A DNA stretch of 64,000 nt. It comes from Antedon mediterranea (lineage: Eukaryota > Animalia > Echinodermata). Made by a program: the position numbers and the translations under genes. The notes beneath the pieces are model-generated. The model was not told the DNA's origin and did not search any database. It saw only the letters and a program-made list of their open reading frames with translations. Positions 48,201-61,049 of the stretch are shown one piece after another. Location: contig NC_092673.1 of the NCBI RefSeq assembly GCF_964355755.1, positions 2,418,001 through 2,482,000 on the forward strand, written 5' to 3'. Every line of letters begins with the position of its first letter. Position 1 is the first letter of the stretch.

Positions 48201-51200
48201 AAAGGTTATACTTTATTAAAACTTGTCTTAAGAAGTGGCTTCTACTAATCTTTTGTTAATTCAGACTTATGGTGTTGTATGCTGGGTGCTGCGTAGGTCT
48301 GAACAGGCCCTAGTATTGATATAATTTAGAGATTTGAAGAGAGATTTATAAATTCAAGCCAGCTGTTCTGAAACAACTTTATTTCCCTGGAGACATCCAG
48401 GGAACATTGTATCTAACACCTCATTTTCTAGCAGCCGCGTCATTTCCTTTCAAATTTTGTCTATTATTTCACTTCATCAGTAGGGATGCACAATTACTGA
48501 ACGGCACCCTTATCATTTCAAATATCTAGTGGTATCTTGTCCTCTATTCTATAAAGCTTAGATAGATAAGACTGCTTCTGACAAATCAATGATTTAGCAT
48601 TTTGTTCAGTGACTATTGGTATGATTATTATGGCACCTTTCCATAAATGCATTTGATTGTATAGACTATAAAGAATAGGCAATGCAGACAATACTGTTGG
48701 CATAGCTACAGTACTGTAAACAAACTATAAAATGTTTAAAGAAGGGCTTGACAATTGATTCATCACATTACTAAGTTTTTAAAAAAGGGCACTGAGCATG
48801 GTACGGCATTCCACCAATCCATACCTATCATACAAGAGGATTTCCACAGATCCCATATCACACTTTCTGATTTGAATGCAGTGGCGATGCTATAAGTGCT
48901 TACTGGCTAAACCCACCAGCTTATGGGAGGGGGGGGGGGGGAGCAGTCTCCAGAGGAAAAAAACAGGCATTAAAATATGTTGAAAGGGCCAAAAACACTC
49001 GAGGCCCCATTGTTGGAGGGTCACTTAAGGTTACTAAACCAAGACCTCAGGCCTCTGAGTTATGTCACAGTCAGGTGATTTTTCTGGTTCCATTGTCCAC
49101 ATTACTATTTCTAATCACCTGGATACAGTTTTACTTTTAGTAGGTCCTTCAGTTGTATGTACATATTGGGACATGATATAAATAGTAAATGTGGTCAAAA
49201 TTGAGAGGATGAGCTCACCAACCACACAATAGTCATTATATCAGGCAGGAAGTCTTTACTTGCAGCCTCTTCCAGGGTTTCAATGGCAGGTAATGGTAAA
49301 TGGCCTCTAAATTGAGCATTGGTTGCGAACTACTAAAGCGTCATAGTTTAGAATGGTTTAATGGCCTCTAAATTGAAAGTCAATGCATTGGTGGATGACT
49401 ACTGTAGCCTCAATTAAGAAAGTTAGTAGAATTAGTTGATTACTGTATCCTGGTAAAGCTCTGTCTACACTATCAAACTTTATGTAATGTGCCTATATAT
49501 GGACATATCACTACCATATTTGGGCATATCACACTTTTTTGTCAAAAATGTTTGATAGTGTAGTTTTAAACAAATTATTGGACCTGCATCTTCATGATCT
49601 GAATGAATGAAGGACAAAACAAATGAAATGCTTACCTTAGAATGTGGCTTATTAACTACCCTTTGTTCATTCGGTAAATAGCTTATTACAACATAATTTT
49701 CAGGAAAAAGATTTCTATAAAAAAAGAAATTAAAAATATATAATTTTTGTTTATCTATGTATATTTTTAAGACCAATAACTGTTTGTCTAAAATCGAATC
49801 AACTTTAAAATTATAATTTTTGTTCAAAATTTTTAAAGCACTTGTGCTTATTTTCCCATTCCATTATTTTATAATTCTTTATTATTTTATTTTATGGGCT
49901 TTGATTACATTTTGATGTACTGTACACATTATTAAAATATATAAAAGGTCTGTTATACACATCACAGACACAGAATATTGTATATAAGGTCTGTTTACAC
50001 AGAATATATACATTCCCTTGTATTATTAAAATTAAAACAACATTTTAGAAAATCCTTCATTTTTGCTTGTCACATGCAAGTGAAACAAGTGAAGCATATT
50101 TGTGATTATTATTAAAATGCATTCTTATTGTATATTGTATAAATGTTTTTATTTTGATCTTGGGATAAAAATGAATGAATAATACAGAAAACAATTACAG
50201 ATTTGGTATTGAAAAACAATATGAATCACTCAAATATAGTTCAACAATACAAAATTAGCATAATTTACTGAATTCATATTCATAATGCAAACCTTATGGG
50301 CAATCAAATTATACCAACAATAACTATAGTAGGCAGGTCCAGTGTTAATATTTATGAGATACAGTAACTGTAAATTATCTATAGGAACAGACTTCCTGAC
50401 GCTCTCAACAAATATGAGATAATTCCACAGAGAAACAAAGCAATATAAAAACTGGAATATGTTATATGACTCAAAGAAAGTAATAGTTTGGCTGAAACTA
50501 AGAGCACAATAGAAATTTAATAATTAATTTATTTTTAAAATAGGTTGAAATTAATAGCAACCCAAATATAGATATTTTGTATGGATATTTATTGAAATTC
50601 ATTTATTTATAGTTTATTGTTTGTGAGAACCGACTTTTTTGTGTGATTATTCAGCAGAAAAACTCAATCTCAATTAAATAATGTTGTGTTAGAATAACGT
50701 CCTATATATCAGGAAAGTTGTGTAATCGGAGGTAATATACTTGAAAACCTCAATTCAAGATCCTTAACCAAGAATAAAGGTTGAAGATCCTTAACCGAGA
50801 TTAACGGTTGACACTGTATACGTGCAAGTTTTAAAGATAAAAAAAATATGCTAAATAATGGATAACTTTAATCTCTTTCAGTATGCCTGTTTAATGATGT
50901 TGTTTAATGTAGTGTATACCATTCCATACGCCGCTGCATGTGGTAGATAGTCCCTATCTAATCCATTTTATTTAAACCCATCATGAAAGCTCTAGGTGTA
51001 ATGGTACCATATCAAGCAGAAGATTTCCTGTTTGAATCTTGGTTGAGGTGGCTTTTCCTCATTCTTACAGATTTCCTCATCTTAAAATTGTGTATAGTTT
51101 TTAGCCTATAATATTAGAAATTATTCAGTACAGTTCAATTTATACCTAATTTTACTTTCTATGGACCAGAGATTCTAAAATAAAAGATTTAATTTAATTT

Positions 51201-54200
51201 TTTAACTTCATTATAACATTAACTATTATATTAATAAAGGTAAATTTATAGAAGGCGTTTTTTAATGAATAGATCTGTTAATATTTCGGTTGAGTTAATG
51301 GGCAGAGACCTAGTAATCTCTCTATGTCTTACTTATTATGTCAAAAGAGATGGATGTTGAAATTAAAATTTGTTATTTGCTCGATATATAAAATATAGGT
51401 TATAATATCGAAATAATAACAATATAACATTTTTCCTTTCATACAATTCTGATAACGATAGGATTGAGTTCAAAATGCTATTGTCTAAGTATGTAAAAAG
51501 GGATGGATGGCTTGGGGTTTTAATTAATTTTCTAATTATCTATTTGCCCGAAATAAAATATATGTTTGTTATCGAAATGAACAATATAAAATGATTTTTC
51601 CTTTTATACAATTCTGATAACGATAAGATTGAGTTCAACCGAAGAATGACTCATCAATGTTTTTAATGGTGTATGAATAATGCTACATTTCCCTATAAGG
51701 CGGCTATCATAAAATTCTACCATTGTGCATTTTAAAATGCTCGGATATTGTTACCCAATATATTTCCATCTTTATATTCAAACGTCCAATCAAACAATAC
51801 ACGAATCCTTGACTTGTGGTGTCGGAAGATCTACTTCCTGAGTAGAAGCCTCTTAATCCGAAATAATGTACTGTACCCCATGAGGTGTTTACACAGCACA
51901 CCTGTGTTGAAATTTAAGAGGTTTTAAGGAAGAGTACCAGGTACGCATGGTACCGAAATGGGTAGGAGTAGGCCTGCTGTGGGGTTTGCTGACTCATCAT
52001 AAATTGGGGTAATATATATAGATGATGAAAAGCCTACATGACATCTAAGAAAATCCAATCAAGTGAATGTTAAAGTTCATTGTATATAGCTCTGTCTACA
52101 CTATCAAAATAGTTTGACAAAAAAAGTGTGATGTGCCCAAATATGGTAGTGATATGCCCAAATATGGTAGTGATATGACATCATCATGTCCATATATGGG
52201 CAAATCACATTTTTTTTAAAGTTTGATAGTGTAGACAGAGCTTAAAGAACACCATTTAAAATCCCATAAAACATACACTACAGTAATATAAAATGTCCTA
52301 CAAAAAAAGTAATATCTAAATTAATTTCTAGAGTTGCAATTATGGTTGTTAATTTGTCAATTCATAGTTTAGTTTGCTGTACAGTACATAAATAGGCTAA
52401 TTTGATGTCAAATTTCAGCATTCCGAAATACTGAATGTGTCATGTGAGGCTTATGACGTGATCCAGTAACAGTGTAGTGTGGGAGCATACCTATGTATAA
52501 TATTTGAATAAATCAAAATTGATTTTCGAAAATTTGAAGAAATTCGTTGGATAAATTCTTGTGACCTACTAAATGAGGCAGAAATAAACGGAAAGCAGCT
52601 TTCCTATCAAAATCACTTTCACTTAATATTAAATAGAAAATTATACACAGGAATTATAGGTCTGCCATGACGTGTGATAATATAAATTTAATAAGCACCT
52701 GGACATTTCTAATTTTGCTACTGTTTGGTAAGGTCTGTTTTGTAATGATAATACAGGTTCAAGTCTCCTAATACCAGACACCCCTGGCCTGACTGTGACA
52801 GGATGTGTCTGGCTTTTCAGCAATTCTGGTTCAGATTGTGTTTTTTATGGTAAAGAATTTAACCTCAAGTGTGGTTCTGTGAAAGTTTCTGGGTTTTCAG
52901 TGAGCCTGGTATTGGGAGATCCAATTTCAACGGCAATATAGACCCCATTTACACTTACGTTTGGGTCCAGAGCCGGTCCTGGACCGGTTGCAAATATTTA
53001 CCTTTTAGGCCGGCCCCAGAGCGTTTACACTAGCGACGCAGATTACTGGTTGTAAATAATTTTATCGGAAGTACCATTGCATGCTGGGATACGAAGTACA
53101 GTTTGTTCACATTTTTCTCTCTCGATCGTCAATTCAACGCGCAAACCGACCGTTTTATATTTATACTGTATTGTTGTTTTTTGTCCCATTAAAAACAAAT
53201 TGAACCCCACTGTTTTATATATAATAATAATATGGCTGTATTTTATGTATATGCGAAACAAGCGGAGGAATACTTTATTGAAAGAAGATGTCTGAAAATA
53301 AATTTAACTATATAAATGATGAAGGAAACAAATTGTCATACAAAGGTATGATGTACTGAGAATGTCGGATCGTCATAACAACAACCTCATAAAAAGGTCA
53401 AACGTTGTTCACGGTTCACTGCGTAAGCCGGCCCAAACGTAAAAGCCGCTCCTGAACCTACCTGGAGAGGTGGCCCAGATCTGCGTCCGGCCCAGGGCCG
53501 GCCTAACTTTTTGGAGTATTTACACTTATCAATTGCCGACCCAGGGCCGGCCTAAATCGTAAGTGTAAATGGGGTCATAGATATAGTATACCATGAAAAC
53601 TGGCAATACAACACAAATTGTATTAGCTTTAGGTGATAAATTTTAACTTTAACACTAACAGTGCTAATGTGGACTACACTACAGTTAAGCTCTGTCTACA
53701 CTATCAAACCAGTTTGACAAAAAATGTGATGTGCCCAAGTATGGTAGTGACATGCACAAATATGGTAGTGATATGACATCATCATGTCCATATATGGGCG
53801 CATCTCATTTTATTGTCACTATAGTTTGATCATGTAACTTATTTCTCCATGGTTTGATAGTGTAGATAGATAGTGTAGCGATAGTCACATAGATTCTACC
53901 AATTATACACAGTTAGTCAAAGATAATTAAAAATGTTTTTTTTTTTGTAGATTTGGACATGGTTGGTATTTTGTAGGTGAAAGACATTCAAGAGTTCATA
54001 TTTGAATACTTTAATAAATCTAATTCAATATTATATAGTACAGGTAACTTTCAATGGCAGAAAGGTGTGTAACCGGAAGCATTTGATCTTCCTGTATTTA
54101 ATCTAATCTAAATAAACTGAGGATTGAAATTTTTTTAAATTCAAATATTTTGAGATTCTAAAACGAGAACGTTTGGATGGATGTACAGTATAAGAAATTT

Positions 54201-56047
54201 AAAAAAAATATTTACTGTAGTAAATTCAGGCAAAACTTTCCTGTAATTTGTTTGAATACTACATGGCCACGCCTACAGAATGCAACTTGGCCACGCCTAC
54301 AGAATGCAACTTGGCCACGCCTACAGAATGTAAAGTAACTCATGTTAAAGCAAAACCTGAATTGGGGTTATTATCCACTGTATAAATTTAAAAGAAATTG
54401 AAAGTTTATAATGACGTTTTTATGACATGTTCGCATTTGAATTCAAGTATAATTCTTGGAATTAATAGAATAATAACAGCAGATAATAAAATAGACTATC
54501 AAAACATAATAAACACTTCGTTCACCGGGTCAAGGTAAGAATAATATCATAAATATGAAGTAAACACACAAAAGCTCTATTATCAGTCAACTGATGGATA
54601 ACAGTACAGTAAAACAAACAAACAATAAAGACTTCCAGTAGGTACTCAGTAGAGAAGGTGGGTGGGGAGTTCATCTAGAACTCACTCAGATGCCTAAAAC
54701 TGATCTATAAAGGCCAATTTACACAGAAGAGCGGTAACGGAACTAAAAACCGCATAGCTTGTTATCCCACGTAGAATCTGTATCACTTCTCAACCGCCTG
54801 TCCGCTTTGTGTACTGTACATGGTCATAAGAAATAACATAGATTCTACTATATTTTTATTTTCCGCTTACTGTTACTGATCTTCTGTGTAAATTAACCTT
54901 AATAGTTCCATATCAGCTTCAGGATTTTTGGCTTAATTAACAATAACAGGGTCAAAATCAACTTTCTAAATAACAGCCTAGTGGAAAATCAGAAACTCTT
55001 CAACAACAGAATGGTCTATTTATTATTGGTCATCAATGCAATTTGTTATCATTGTTAACGTCTATTTTTAAACTTCGGAAAACAAACCTTCAGTTGCAAA
55101 AGTATGTAAATGAGAAGGTGGACTATTAATTAGTCTAAACAGTTTTCGAGGAGTTGACTATACTCAAATTTTAGGCATGATGATGTCATCAAAATGAAAA
55201 TGGTGGCGACTCATGAGAAAGGTAAACGATTGAGCAAGAACATATTAAAATTTGAGAAAATCAGCTCAAATTTGGAGGCTTTACTGATTGCTGTTACTAC
55301 AGTAAACTACAGGCATACAGTACAATACATTAATTTATTCATCTAGATTAATCAATTATAACCTTATTAAATATTAGTAATAGTTGGAAAGACGAGCTGC
55401 CAACACCCAATGTCTGCCGAATCTCATTAAACTTGTGATGACATCATACTGATTATAGTGGCAGACTCAGCAGAGCTGATATAAATGTATTCATCAATCT
55501 ACGAAGCGCTCAAGCGAAACAACATACCGGGTCATAATGCCATTATACTTTTGAAAATAGATACAGAAATGATGTATGTAAAAGTAAATTTTAATGTTTA
55601 ATTTGAAGTCATATTTCATAATCTGTCAATTAATATCACCAAAGAAGAGAGATCTGTACACTACTGTAGGTTATAATATTAAACGACATTAATTTTAAAT
55701 GAATGCAGATGCAAAATCAGATTTAAAACATGCAATATTTATTTCTAAATTTGCAGTGTTCAAATAATATATATATTTATCGTTGAATAATTTATCTTTA
55801 GATTATCAGTGTAGTGACCAAACTGTGTTTGCTTTGCAATAGAGCAACCAAGCAGGTCATTATAATAGGTCAGTCAAGGTCAAAACGCTTTTTTATTCGG
55901 GGACATCATAGAATTCGTACACGCAATACCGTTTTTTTATTTGATTGTAAAATAAAGTTGTACTTACTCATTTAAATTAACATCCAAAATAAATTCTCTA
56001 TCATTAGTTGTTGGAATAATAAATGTTGATGATTTTAGATGTCCATC
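27241..56047 (-). CDS. ADAM disintegrin-metalloprotease, meltrin type (ADAM12/19/33-like), intact catalytic motif; N-terminal exons not found in window
   Basis: Minus-strand exons in order: 56047-55968, 49714-49636, 45869-45793 (HCYYHG), 45297-45185, 44885-44749 (RRQKR furin site, [10 protein letters not shown]), 44031-43963, 43364-43201, 42815-42731, [41690-41548 or 41139-41006; [12 protein letters not shown]], 39646-39475 ([15 protein letters not shown]), 39044-38874 (disintegrin ECD), 38577-38460, [37931-37817 or 37447-37345], 33868-33670 (CGKLFC), 33002-32925, 32503-32389 ([11 protein letters not shown]), 29851-29810, 28402-28267 (TM), 27970-27241 (Pro-rich tail, TAA). All junction phases are consistent. 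Confidence 0.93.
28536..28713. mobile_element. Tc1/pogo-like MITE
   Basis: tacagttaactctcccaatac ... gtatttggagagttgactgta, TA target duplication. Confidence 0.7.
28915..29087. mobile_element. MITE family 1 copy
   Basis: aaagctctcatgtctacactatcaaac ... gtttgataagtgtggacagagcttt. Confidence 0.7.
32150..32305 (+). mobile_element. Second copy of the hammerhead-bearing Penelope-like repeat (core 32202-32230)
   Basis: CTGATGA-t-gggc-tat-gcct-GAAAC-ac-GTC; flanks are homologous (inverted) to 10718-10875; stem I is degenerate. Confidence 0.6.
33095..33332 (+). mobile_element. 3' remnant of an RTE-clade LINE (ORF2 C-terminus plus short-repeat tail)
   Basis: Translates in pieces to [15 protein letters not shown] and [23 protein letters not shown] (the LLW...M.DR..WR pattern typical of RTE ORF2 ends), followed by aagtaagtaa. 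Confidence 0.6.
34678..34839. repeat. Long hairpin (48-bp perfect stem, 13-nt loop)
   Basis: 34703-34750 is the exact reverse complement of 34764-34811; imperfect pairing extends outward. Confidence 0.85.
35270..35968. repeat. 15-bp minisatellite (attggtattacatag)
   Basis: Tandem copies with interspersed tatttagt variants. Confidence 0.9.
37345..37447 (-). CDS. ADAM cysteine-rich domain exon, variant C2
   Basis: cag|AA...AA|gtaagt, 103 nt, phase 1-2; (E)[33 protein letters not shown](K). Not captured by the ORF track. Confidence 0.82.
37506..37784. mobile_element. Tc1/pogo-like MITE (ta|CAGTCAACTC...GAGTTGACTG|ta) with nested family-1 MITE (37564-37712)
   Basis: TIRs tacagtcaactc / gagttgactgta with TA flanks; relatives at 28536-28713, 60511-60701 and 52752-52925. 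Confidence 0.7.
37817..37931 (-). CDS. ADAM cysteine-rich domain exon, variant C1
   Basis: cag|TA...AA|gtaagt, 115 nt, phase 1-2; (V)[37 protein letters not shown](K). Confidence 0.88.
38262..38345 (+). mobile_element. tRNA-derived SINE fragment (second family)
   Basis: B-box GGTTCGAATC; the shared tatcaagcagaag...gttgaggtg...agatttcctcatctt recurs at about 50995-51083. Confidence 0.55.
41006..41139 (-). CDS. ADAM catalytic exon, variant B (mutually exclusive candidate)
   Basis: cag|GAC...GCGGG|gtaagg, 134 nt, phase 0-2; [44 protein letters not shown](G). Confidence 0.9.
41345..41456. mobile_element. MITE family 1 partial copy between ADAM catalytic exons A and B
   Basis: Internal cccaaatatggtagtgatat unit and right TIR gtttgatagtgtagacagagcttt. 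Confidence 0.75.
41548..41690 (-). CDS. ADAM catalytic exon, variant A (mutually exclusive candidate)
   Basis: tag|GAC...GCATC|gtaagg, 143 nt, phase 0-2; [47 protein letters not shown](S). Confidence 0.88.
41825..42710. repeat. Compound (GAT)n / gaaagaggaaaat microsatellite
   Basis: About 880 bp of gatgat runs interleaved with gaaagaggaa motifs, filling most of the intron before catalytic exon A. Confidence 0.9.
46369..46549. mobile_element. MITE family 2 copy, strongly palindromic
   Basis: aagcgtggttcccactagcgacgcaacgcaaggacgtaacgc ... gcgtttacgtccttgcgttacgttctagtgggaaccaagctt. Confidence 0.75.
52088..52243. mobile_element. MITE family 1 (TIR AGCTCTGTCTACACTATCAAA; PIF/Harbinger-like), reference copy
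   Basis: TIR agctctgtctacactatcaaa / tttgatagtgtagacagagct, with an internal 21-bp repeat cccaaatatggtagtgatatg. About 14 copies or fragments (approximate): 5191-5312, 8397-8547, 10400-10513, 23138-23160, 25877-26045, 28915-29087, 37564-37712, 39062-39170, 41345-41456, 44585-44722, 49455-49563, 53687-53870, 56560-56737. Confidence 0.85.
52941..53576. mobile_element. Non-autonomous DNA transposon, 636 bp, perfect 19-bp TIR
   Basis: gaccccatttacacttacg ... cgtaagtgtaaatggggtc, flanked by ata on both sides; GC-rich subterminal ggccggcc repeats. Confidence 0.8.
54265..54330. repeat. 24-bp tandem repeat x3
   Basis: ggccacgcctacagaatgcaactt. Confidence 0.8.
54711..54900. mobile_element. MITE (TIR aaggccaatttacacagaaga)
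   Basis: aaggccaatttacacagaaga ... tcttctgtgtaaattaacctt; a fragment lies at about 46607-46640. Confidence 0.6.
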
Positions 56048-56148
56048 CTATGAAAAATATAAAAGAAACAAATAATATGTTTAGTTAAATATTTAAAAAA
56101 AATAGTGTTGCCAGCCTGTAAAAAATGCTGCACCTACAGTACAGTAGT

Positions 56149-56350
56149 TAAGCTTGGTTCCCACTAGCGATGCAATTTAACAAAACCTACAAAACGTAAG
56201 AAAATGCCCTTCCAATAATTATGTTTGCCCCCGCCTGCGTGAAATCAAACCTGCAATGTCTGTCTGCAGCATTGTTGCGTCGTCGGCTCCCACTTGTGAT
56301 TACGCAATACAACACTTATTGTGTTGCGTTCTAGTGGGAACCACACTTTA
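56149..56350. mobile_element. MITE family 2 copy
   Basis: Same TIRs and same internal tgtttgcccccgcctgcgtgaaatcaaacct as 1552-1743. Confidence 0.75.
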
Positions 56351-58090
56351 ACTTTATACTTGTAGTTGTTTGTTATTTTTAATGAAAGTATTCAACTTTT
56401 TATAACAAATGACTTGAACAGGAAGAATTCTCTTGACTTTGGGTTCATGCTACTTGACACTGCCTCAGGTTCAGACAGTATAATGTGGAAAAACTTGTTG
56501 AAGCCTTATAACATACAGCTTATTCAAGAGTAGTTGAACCGAAAATGGTAACGAGGTCATTGTCTACACTATCAAATTTTATGTGACAAAAAATGTAATG
56601 TAGCCATATATGGACATGATGATATCATATCACTACCATATTTGGGCATATCACTACCATATTTGGGCATATCACTACTTTGGGCATATCACTACCATCT
56701 TTGGGCACATCACACTAGTTTGATAGTGTAGACAGAGAAAATTGTAGACAACAAGGTACTGGTATGAAAATTATTTAATACTAAATAAATTGCTGTACAA
56801 CAATTTGGACTATTTGTTTTAATCATCAATACAGTATACAAACTGCCATTTTCCACAGCAAAGATAGATAGACACATACAGAAGCATATGATAATTCTAA
56901 AACTACATTTAACATACAGTAATAATATAATATTTCAACTTTAAAAGACATTGGTATATTTTTCTCTTATTACAGTGTGTTCAATAACATTTTTGAACTG
57001 ATGACTCTACCAGTTTTAAGTCGTTAAGTCTGTTAGTAACTTTAATGGCATTTTTAAAGAACACTTGAATTGAACGCTAGTCACGCTACGGTATTCCTGA
57101 AATACTTGAATGTCCAGTGTCATGGTGCTGCTAATCCTGGTCCTTAACTGCAACTAGATTTGTCACAAAATCACAAGATCGAACAGGATATATTTAATTT
57201 TAATTCTCAAATGATTTACTGTAAATGGTTTAAAAGAAATCCTTGATAAGATGCCACCACAAAGAAAGTGTTTGTCACTCTGTGATCACCAACTGTGTAT
57301 ATTCAGAACCATTTAGAGTGAACCATACATTGTGTTGAAACCAAATTTGTGTGAACAATTCCTGTTTTTCATATTAAAATCAGTTAAATATTAAGAGAAT
57401 AAGGACCGAGGAATTGATCTCATATTGTACTATTTCTTGGTACAGTATAAACACTGTACATGAATCGTAATGGTATGTGAAACATGGTTCACCTAATGAA
57501 TTGTAAATAAGTGATATCAATACATCCGGTGCTGAATCGTGGAATCAATTAGGCAACTGGCCTAATATGGGTTAGGAATTTTAACTTTTATTTCAATTAA
57601 CAAGAAATTATTTCACTACAATAATTATTTCCAAGCATTTCAGGCTGTAGAGAAATATTTACAGATGGAAAAAGAAACATGAATTTCAAAATGACCTATT
57701 ACCCACATCGCACAGAGGATGTGGTTTTCACTTTGAACAATACTGCTCTATTCTACAAATTATTGAGATCAGTACTGGAGAATGAGGTTGCCATTTTACA
57801 AACAGGCTTCAATTATATTTGCAACCAAAAGGGCAACCCTTTTAGAATTGAAAACCATGAATTGTAAATAATCACAAACTGTTTTTGTATTCCTTCTGAA
57901 TGAACGTGAGAAATGGAGGGGGGGACCCCTAATTTTTCCCCCTAAGAAATGATCAAGACAAATCATATTCACAATCAATTTCTGGACAGTATAGCTAATT
58001 AAAATTCAGGAATCAATGTCTTGATACTTGAATGTTCAATTATACTATAGTATAATATTATTAGCCTTAATATGAAAATGACAATATTAA

Positions 58091-59589
58091 GGCCAAATAA
58101 AAAAATATACTTGTTAAGTGTCACACCCTCATAAATTTTCAGGGGCGGGGGGACGGTTTTTTTTTTTTTTTTTTACTTTTTATAGAGGTATATTTTTGCG
58201 CGGTGGACGTTTTGGCCCACTTTTTTTTAGGACGAAACGTCAAACTTTTAAAATGCGAAACAGAACAAAATTGACTATGTATGAAATATTATTGCTTATG
58301 ACAAAATTGAGTTTTGTATTCTTTATATCCAGACGTAATTAAAACATTAATTAATTTAATTGCCACCAAGCGAAATTGTAGGCCCTAGGCTAACTAATCC
58401 GTCCAAGCTGCTACCCCCACCTCACTCATCGGCCATCCGCCGTCTCTCGCTCGACTCATCTATCCAGGAAATTCCTTATCGCGAGAAGCATGATTTGGTC
58501 TCAATAATACTAAATAGTGGGCTGATTTATAGTTTGAAAACAGCTTACGGCATTTCTTAAGTGAATTTTTGTTCAAAGTATTCATTCTTCTTTGATGAAT
58601 CCTTTGCCAATTGCTGTGTAAATCAGTATTTTTTTTTTTTACTTCATACTCATCCAACAGCGAGTAACCCGCCAATTACAGGATGGATAAACTATTTAAA
58701 ATTTCACAAGACAAACATATACACAAGATGCTCTACATAAACAAAGACTTATTATTAAGTCTTTGGGAGTGGAGTTGTAAATTGTCATGAGAAAAAACCC
58801 TGACATATGACAGGACTTCAACCCAGGACCCTTAGATTGGTAGCCAAGCATCATAACCACCAAGCCACAGCTCCACTCCAAAATGCAAAAAGTGTATGTA
58901 ATTATTCCACAGGTAAACCAGGCATAAGGAAACCCATCGCCCAACAGGACCTCGTGGTGTGCCGATCTCGAGCGCGAGATCATCGTAAACAAAATTGGTA
59001 GAGTCCATTATGTATGGGGTGTTTCCTATTTACGAACCTATAAAAAAACGCGCTTCGACCACTGTGTAGGCAAAATATTTATTTCGTTAAATCCCTAAGT
59101 TGATAATCGCGTATTCTGTAATCACGTGACTGATGATGTAATTCTCAGCGACGTACTAAATGCACATGATTTAATGTGTTGGGGAAAAAGCTTGCTGTTT
59201 ACCACATTACATGATTCACGGTGCTATTCGCGTTTCCTTGACGTAAATCGGCGGCGTGTAAATGAAACAATTGTTTTCACCAAATTGCCGTTGTCGACAT
59301 AGAGCGATCGGCGGCTAGCGTTGTCTAAGCTAAAAAGTACGTATTTTTCAAAAATTACATTAGCCTAACAAACATTTGCTAGTTTTGAAATTTTCAAATA
59401 GCAATTATGAAGAATCTACTAGCAAAATGCTAGTTTGCTAGCGTGAATTTCGAGCCCTACTCTGGAGCTGGGCCGGGCCGCTGAACTTTCCGTTGTATAT
59501 CGGTAAAAAAAAATAAAAATAAAAAGAGAGGCGGCTGGATAATCAGGAGCGGGCGGTGACGCTTAACAAGTATGTTTTTTTATTTGGCC
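58091..59589. mobile_element. 1.5-kb non-autonomous PIF/Harbinger-like DNA element with TAA target duplication
   Basis: taa|ggccaaataaaaaaatatacttgttaagtgtcac ... gtgacgcttaacaagtatgtttttttatttggcc|taa (about 34-bp TIR); no transposase ORF; contains a nested SINE. Confidence 0.75.
58697..58879 (-). mobile_element. tRNA-derived SINE (same family as 319-560), nested in a DNA element
   Basis: Shares acaaacatatacacaagatgctctacataaacaaag...gtagccaagcatcataaccaccaagcca with the first copy. Confidence 0.7.
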
Positions 59590-60730
59590 TAACGGCTAAA
59601 CTACATGTTTAATTATTGTACAATAATTTAAATACATTTGTTATCAATATAAACTTGTAATCACTCAATTACAGACTTTAATTTAATTGCTATACTGCAA
59701 TCTTCTTTGTCTGATTGTTTTTAATCAAGATTACTAATTGTCTATTTTAATTGGTAGTTATCTGGCAGCATACTTATTATATCCTGATTAAAAAACTATT
59801 ACAGTTTTAGTTTGTTAGTATGTCTGTAAATAATCACAAAACGAAAAGAAAAAAACAATTTACAGTACAGATGTACAGTACTAAACAGAAAGTAATATAA
59901 CTGATTGAATGTCATTTTATTTATTTATTTATTCAGGTATAAAAAATTACAAAAAGCAGACAAATCTGAAAATATTGTATTACAAAGATTGAAACCAGAT
60001 TAAAAATGACTGATCAAAAGTAGACAAATTCACAGCACAACTACACATAAAATGTAAACATACAGAAAGGCATAATATTTTTTTTAAAACCCATTAAAAG
60101 GTAACAGTATTGCAAGGTTTGATTGTATAATAGAATTCTGCACACTTTTTGTAAACTATTTATTCAAATCACAAAAGGTTTACGTTAAATCATGAATAGC
60201 CAAAGAACCATAAAATATTTTACAACTACTGTAGCTTTCAAAAAGCCAAAAACTAACACAATATTCTATCCATGAAAGGGTTTGTAAAGTATTCAATTAA
60301 CATAATAAAGCGTTATAAAAGCTTCAAATTTGGTAACTATCCTTGAACAGTTTCCAGAAAAGCTCAATTACATGGCTCAACAAATCAGAAATAAACTCAT
60401 CGTATTGTAACACAAGTGTTATTCAAATTTACTGAACAGTTAGCTAAACATGATCTACTGCTGTATACTAATACACTACAGTACTAGCTTTAATTATCTG
60501 ATCTATTTACTAGTGAACTCTCCTAATACCGGACACCATTGGACAGGCCTAATTAATGTGTCCAGTTTTCTGAAAAGTCTGGTATTCAGAATTTGTTTTT
60601 AATGGTAAAAATTATTTGGGACATTTTGGACCTCAAGAAAAAGTCTTGGTTTAGAGAGTTTCCGGTTTTCAGAGAGTCTGGTTTTTGGAACGTTGACTGT
60701 ATACTAGCTGTACAGTAACTACTCTATTAA

Positions 60731-61049
60731 CACGTTCACTGCCACGGCGTATTTATACTGTACGTCAAAAATTGCGTGTCGCTACTTGCCAAGACGTAAT
60801 ACTACGTCAAAATCGTAGCACTTTTGTATTGTATGTAGAATCGCTGGCAGTGGTGATTGGAACAGGAATTATCGCATGGCAGTTTATGAATGATGTACGT
60901 AAACGATAATCTAAAAATAAATGTCATATGTTTGTTTGTGTTTATTCCCTCATGCATTGAATATGGCGCCCTCACACTCAATATAATCATCTCAAACGGG
61001 ACTTGGCACTGGGACAGAAATTACGGAAAATGCCTTGGCAGTCAATGTG
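60731..61049. mobile_element. piggyBac-like MITE
   Basis: TTAA|cacgttcactgcca ... tggcagtcaatgtg|TTAA. Confidence 0.7.
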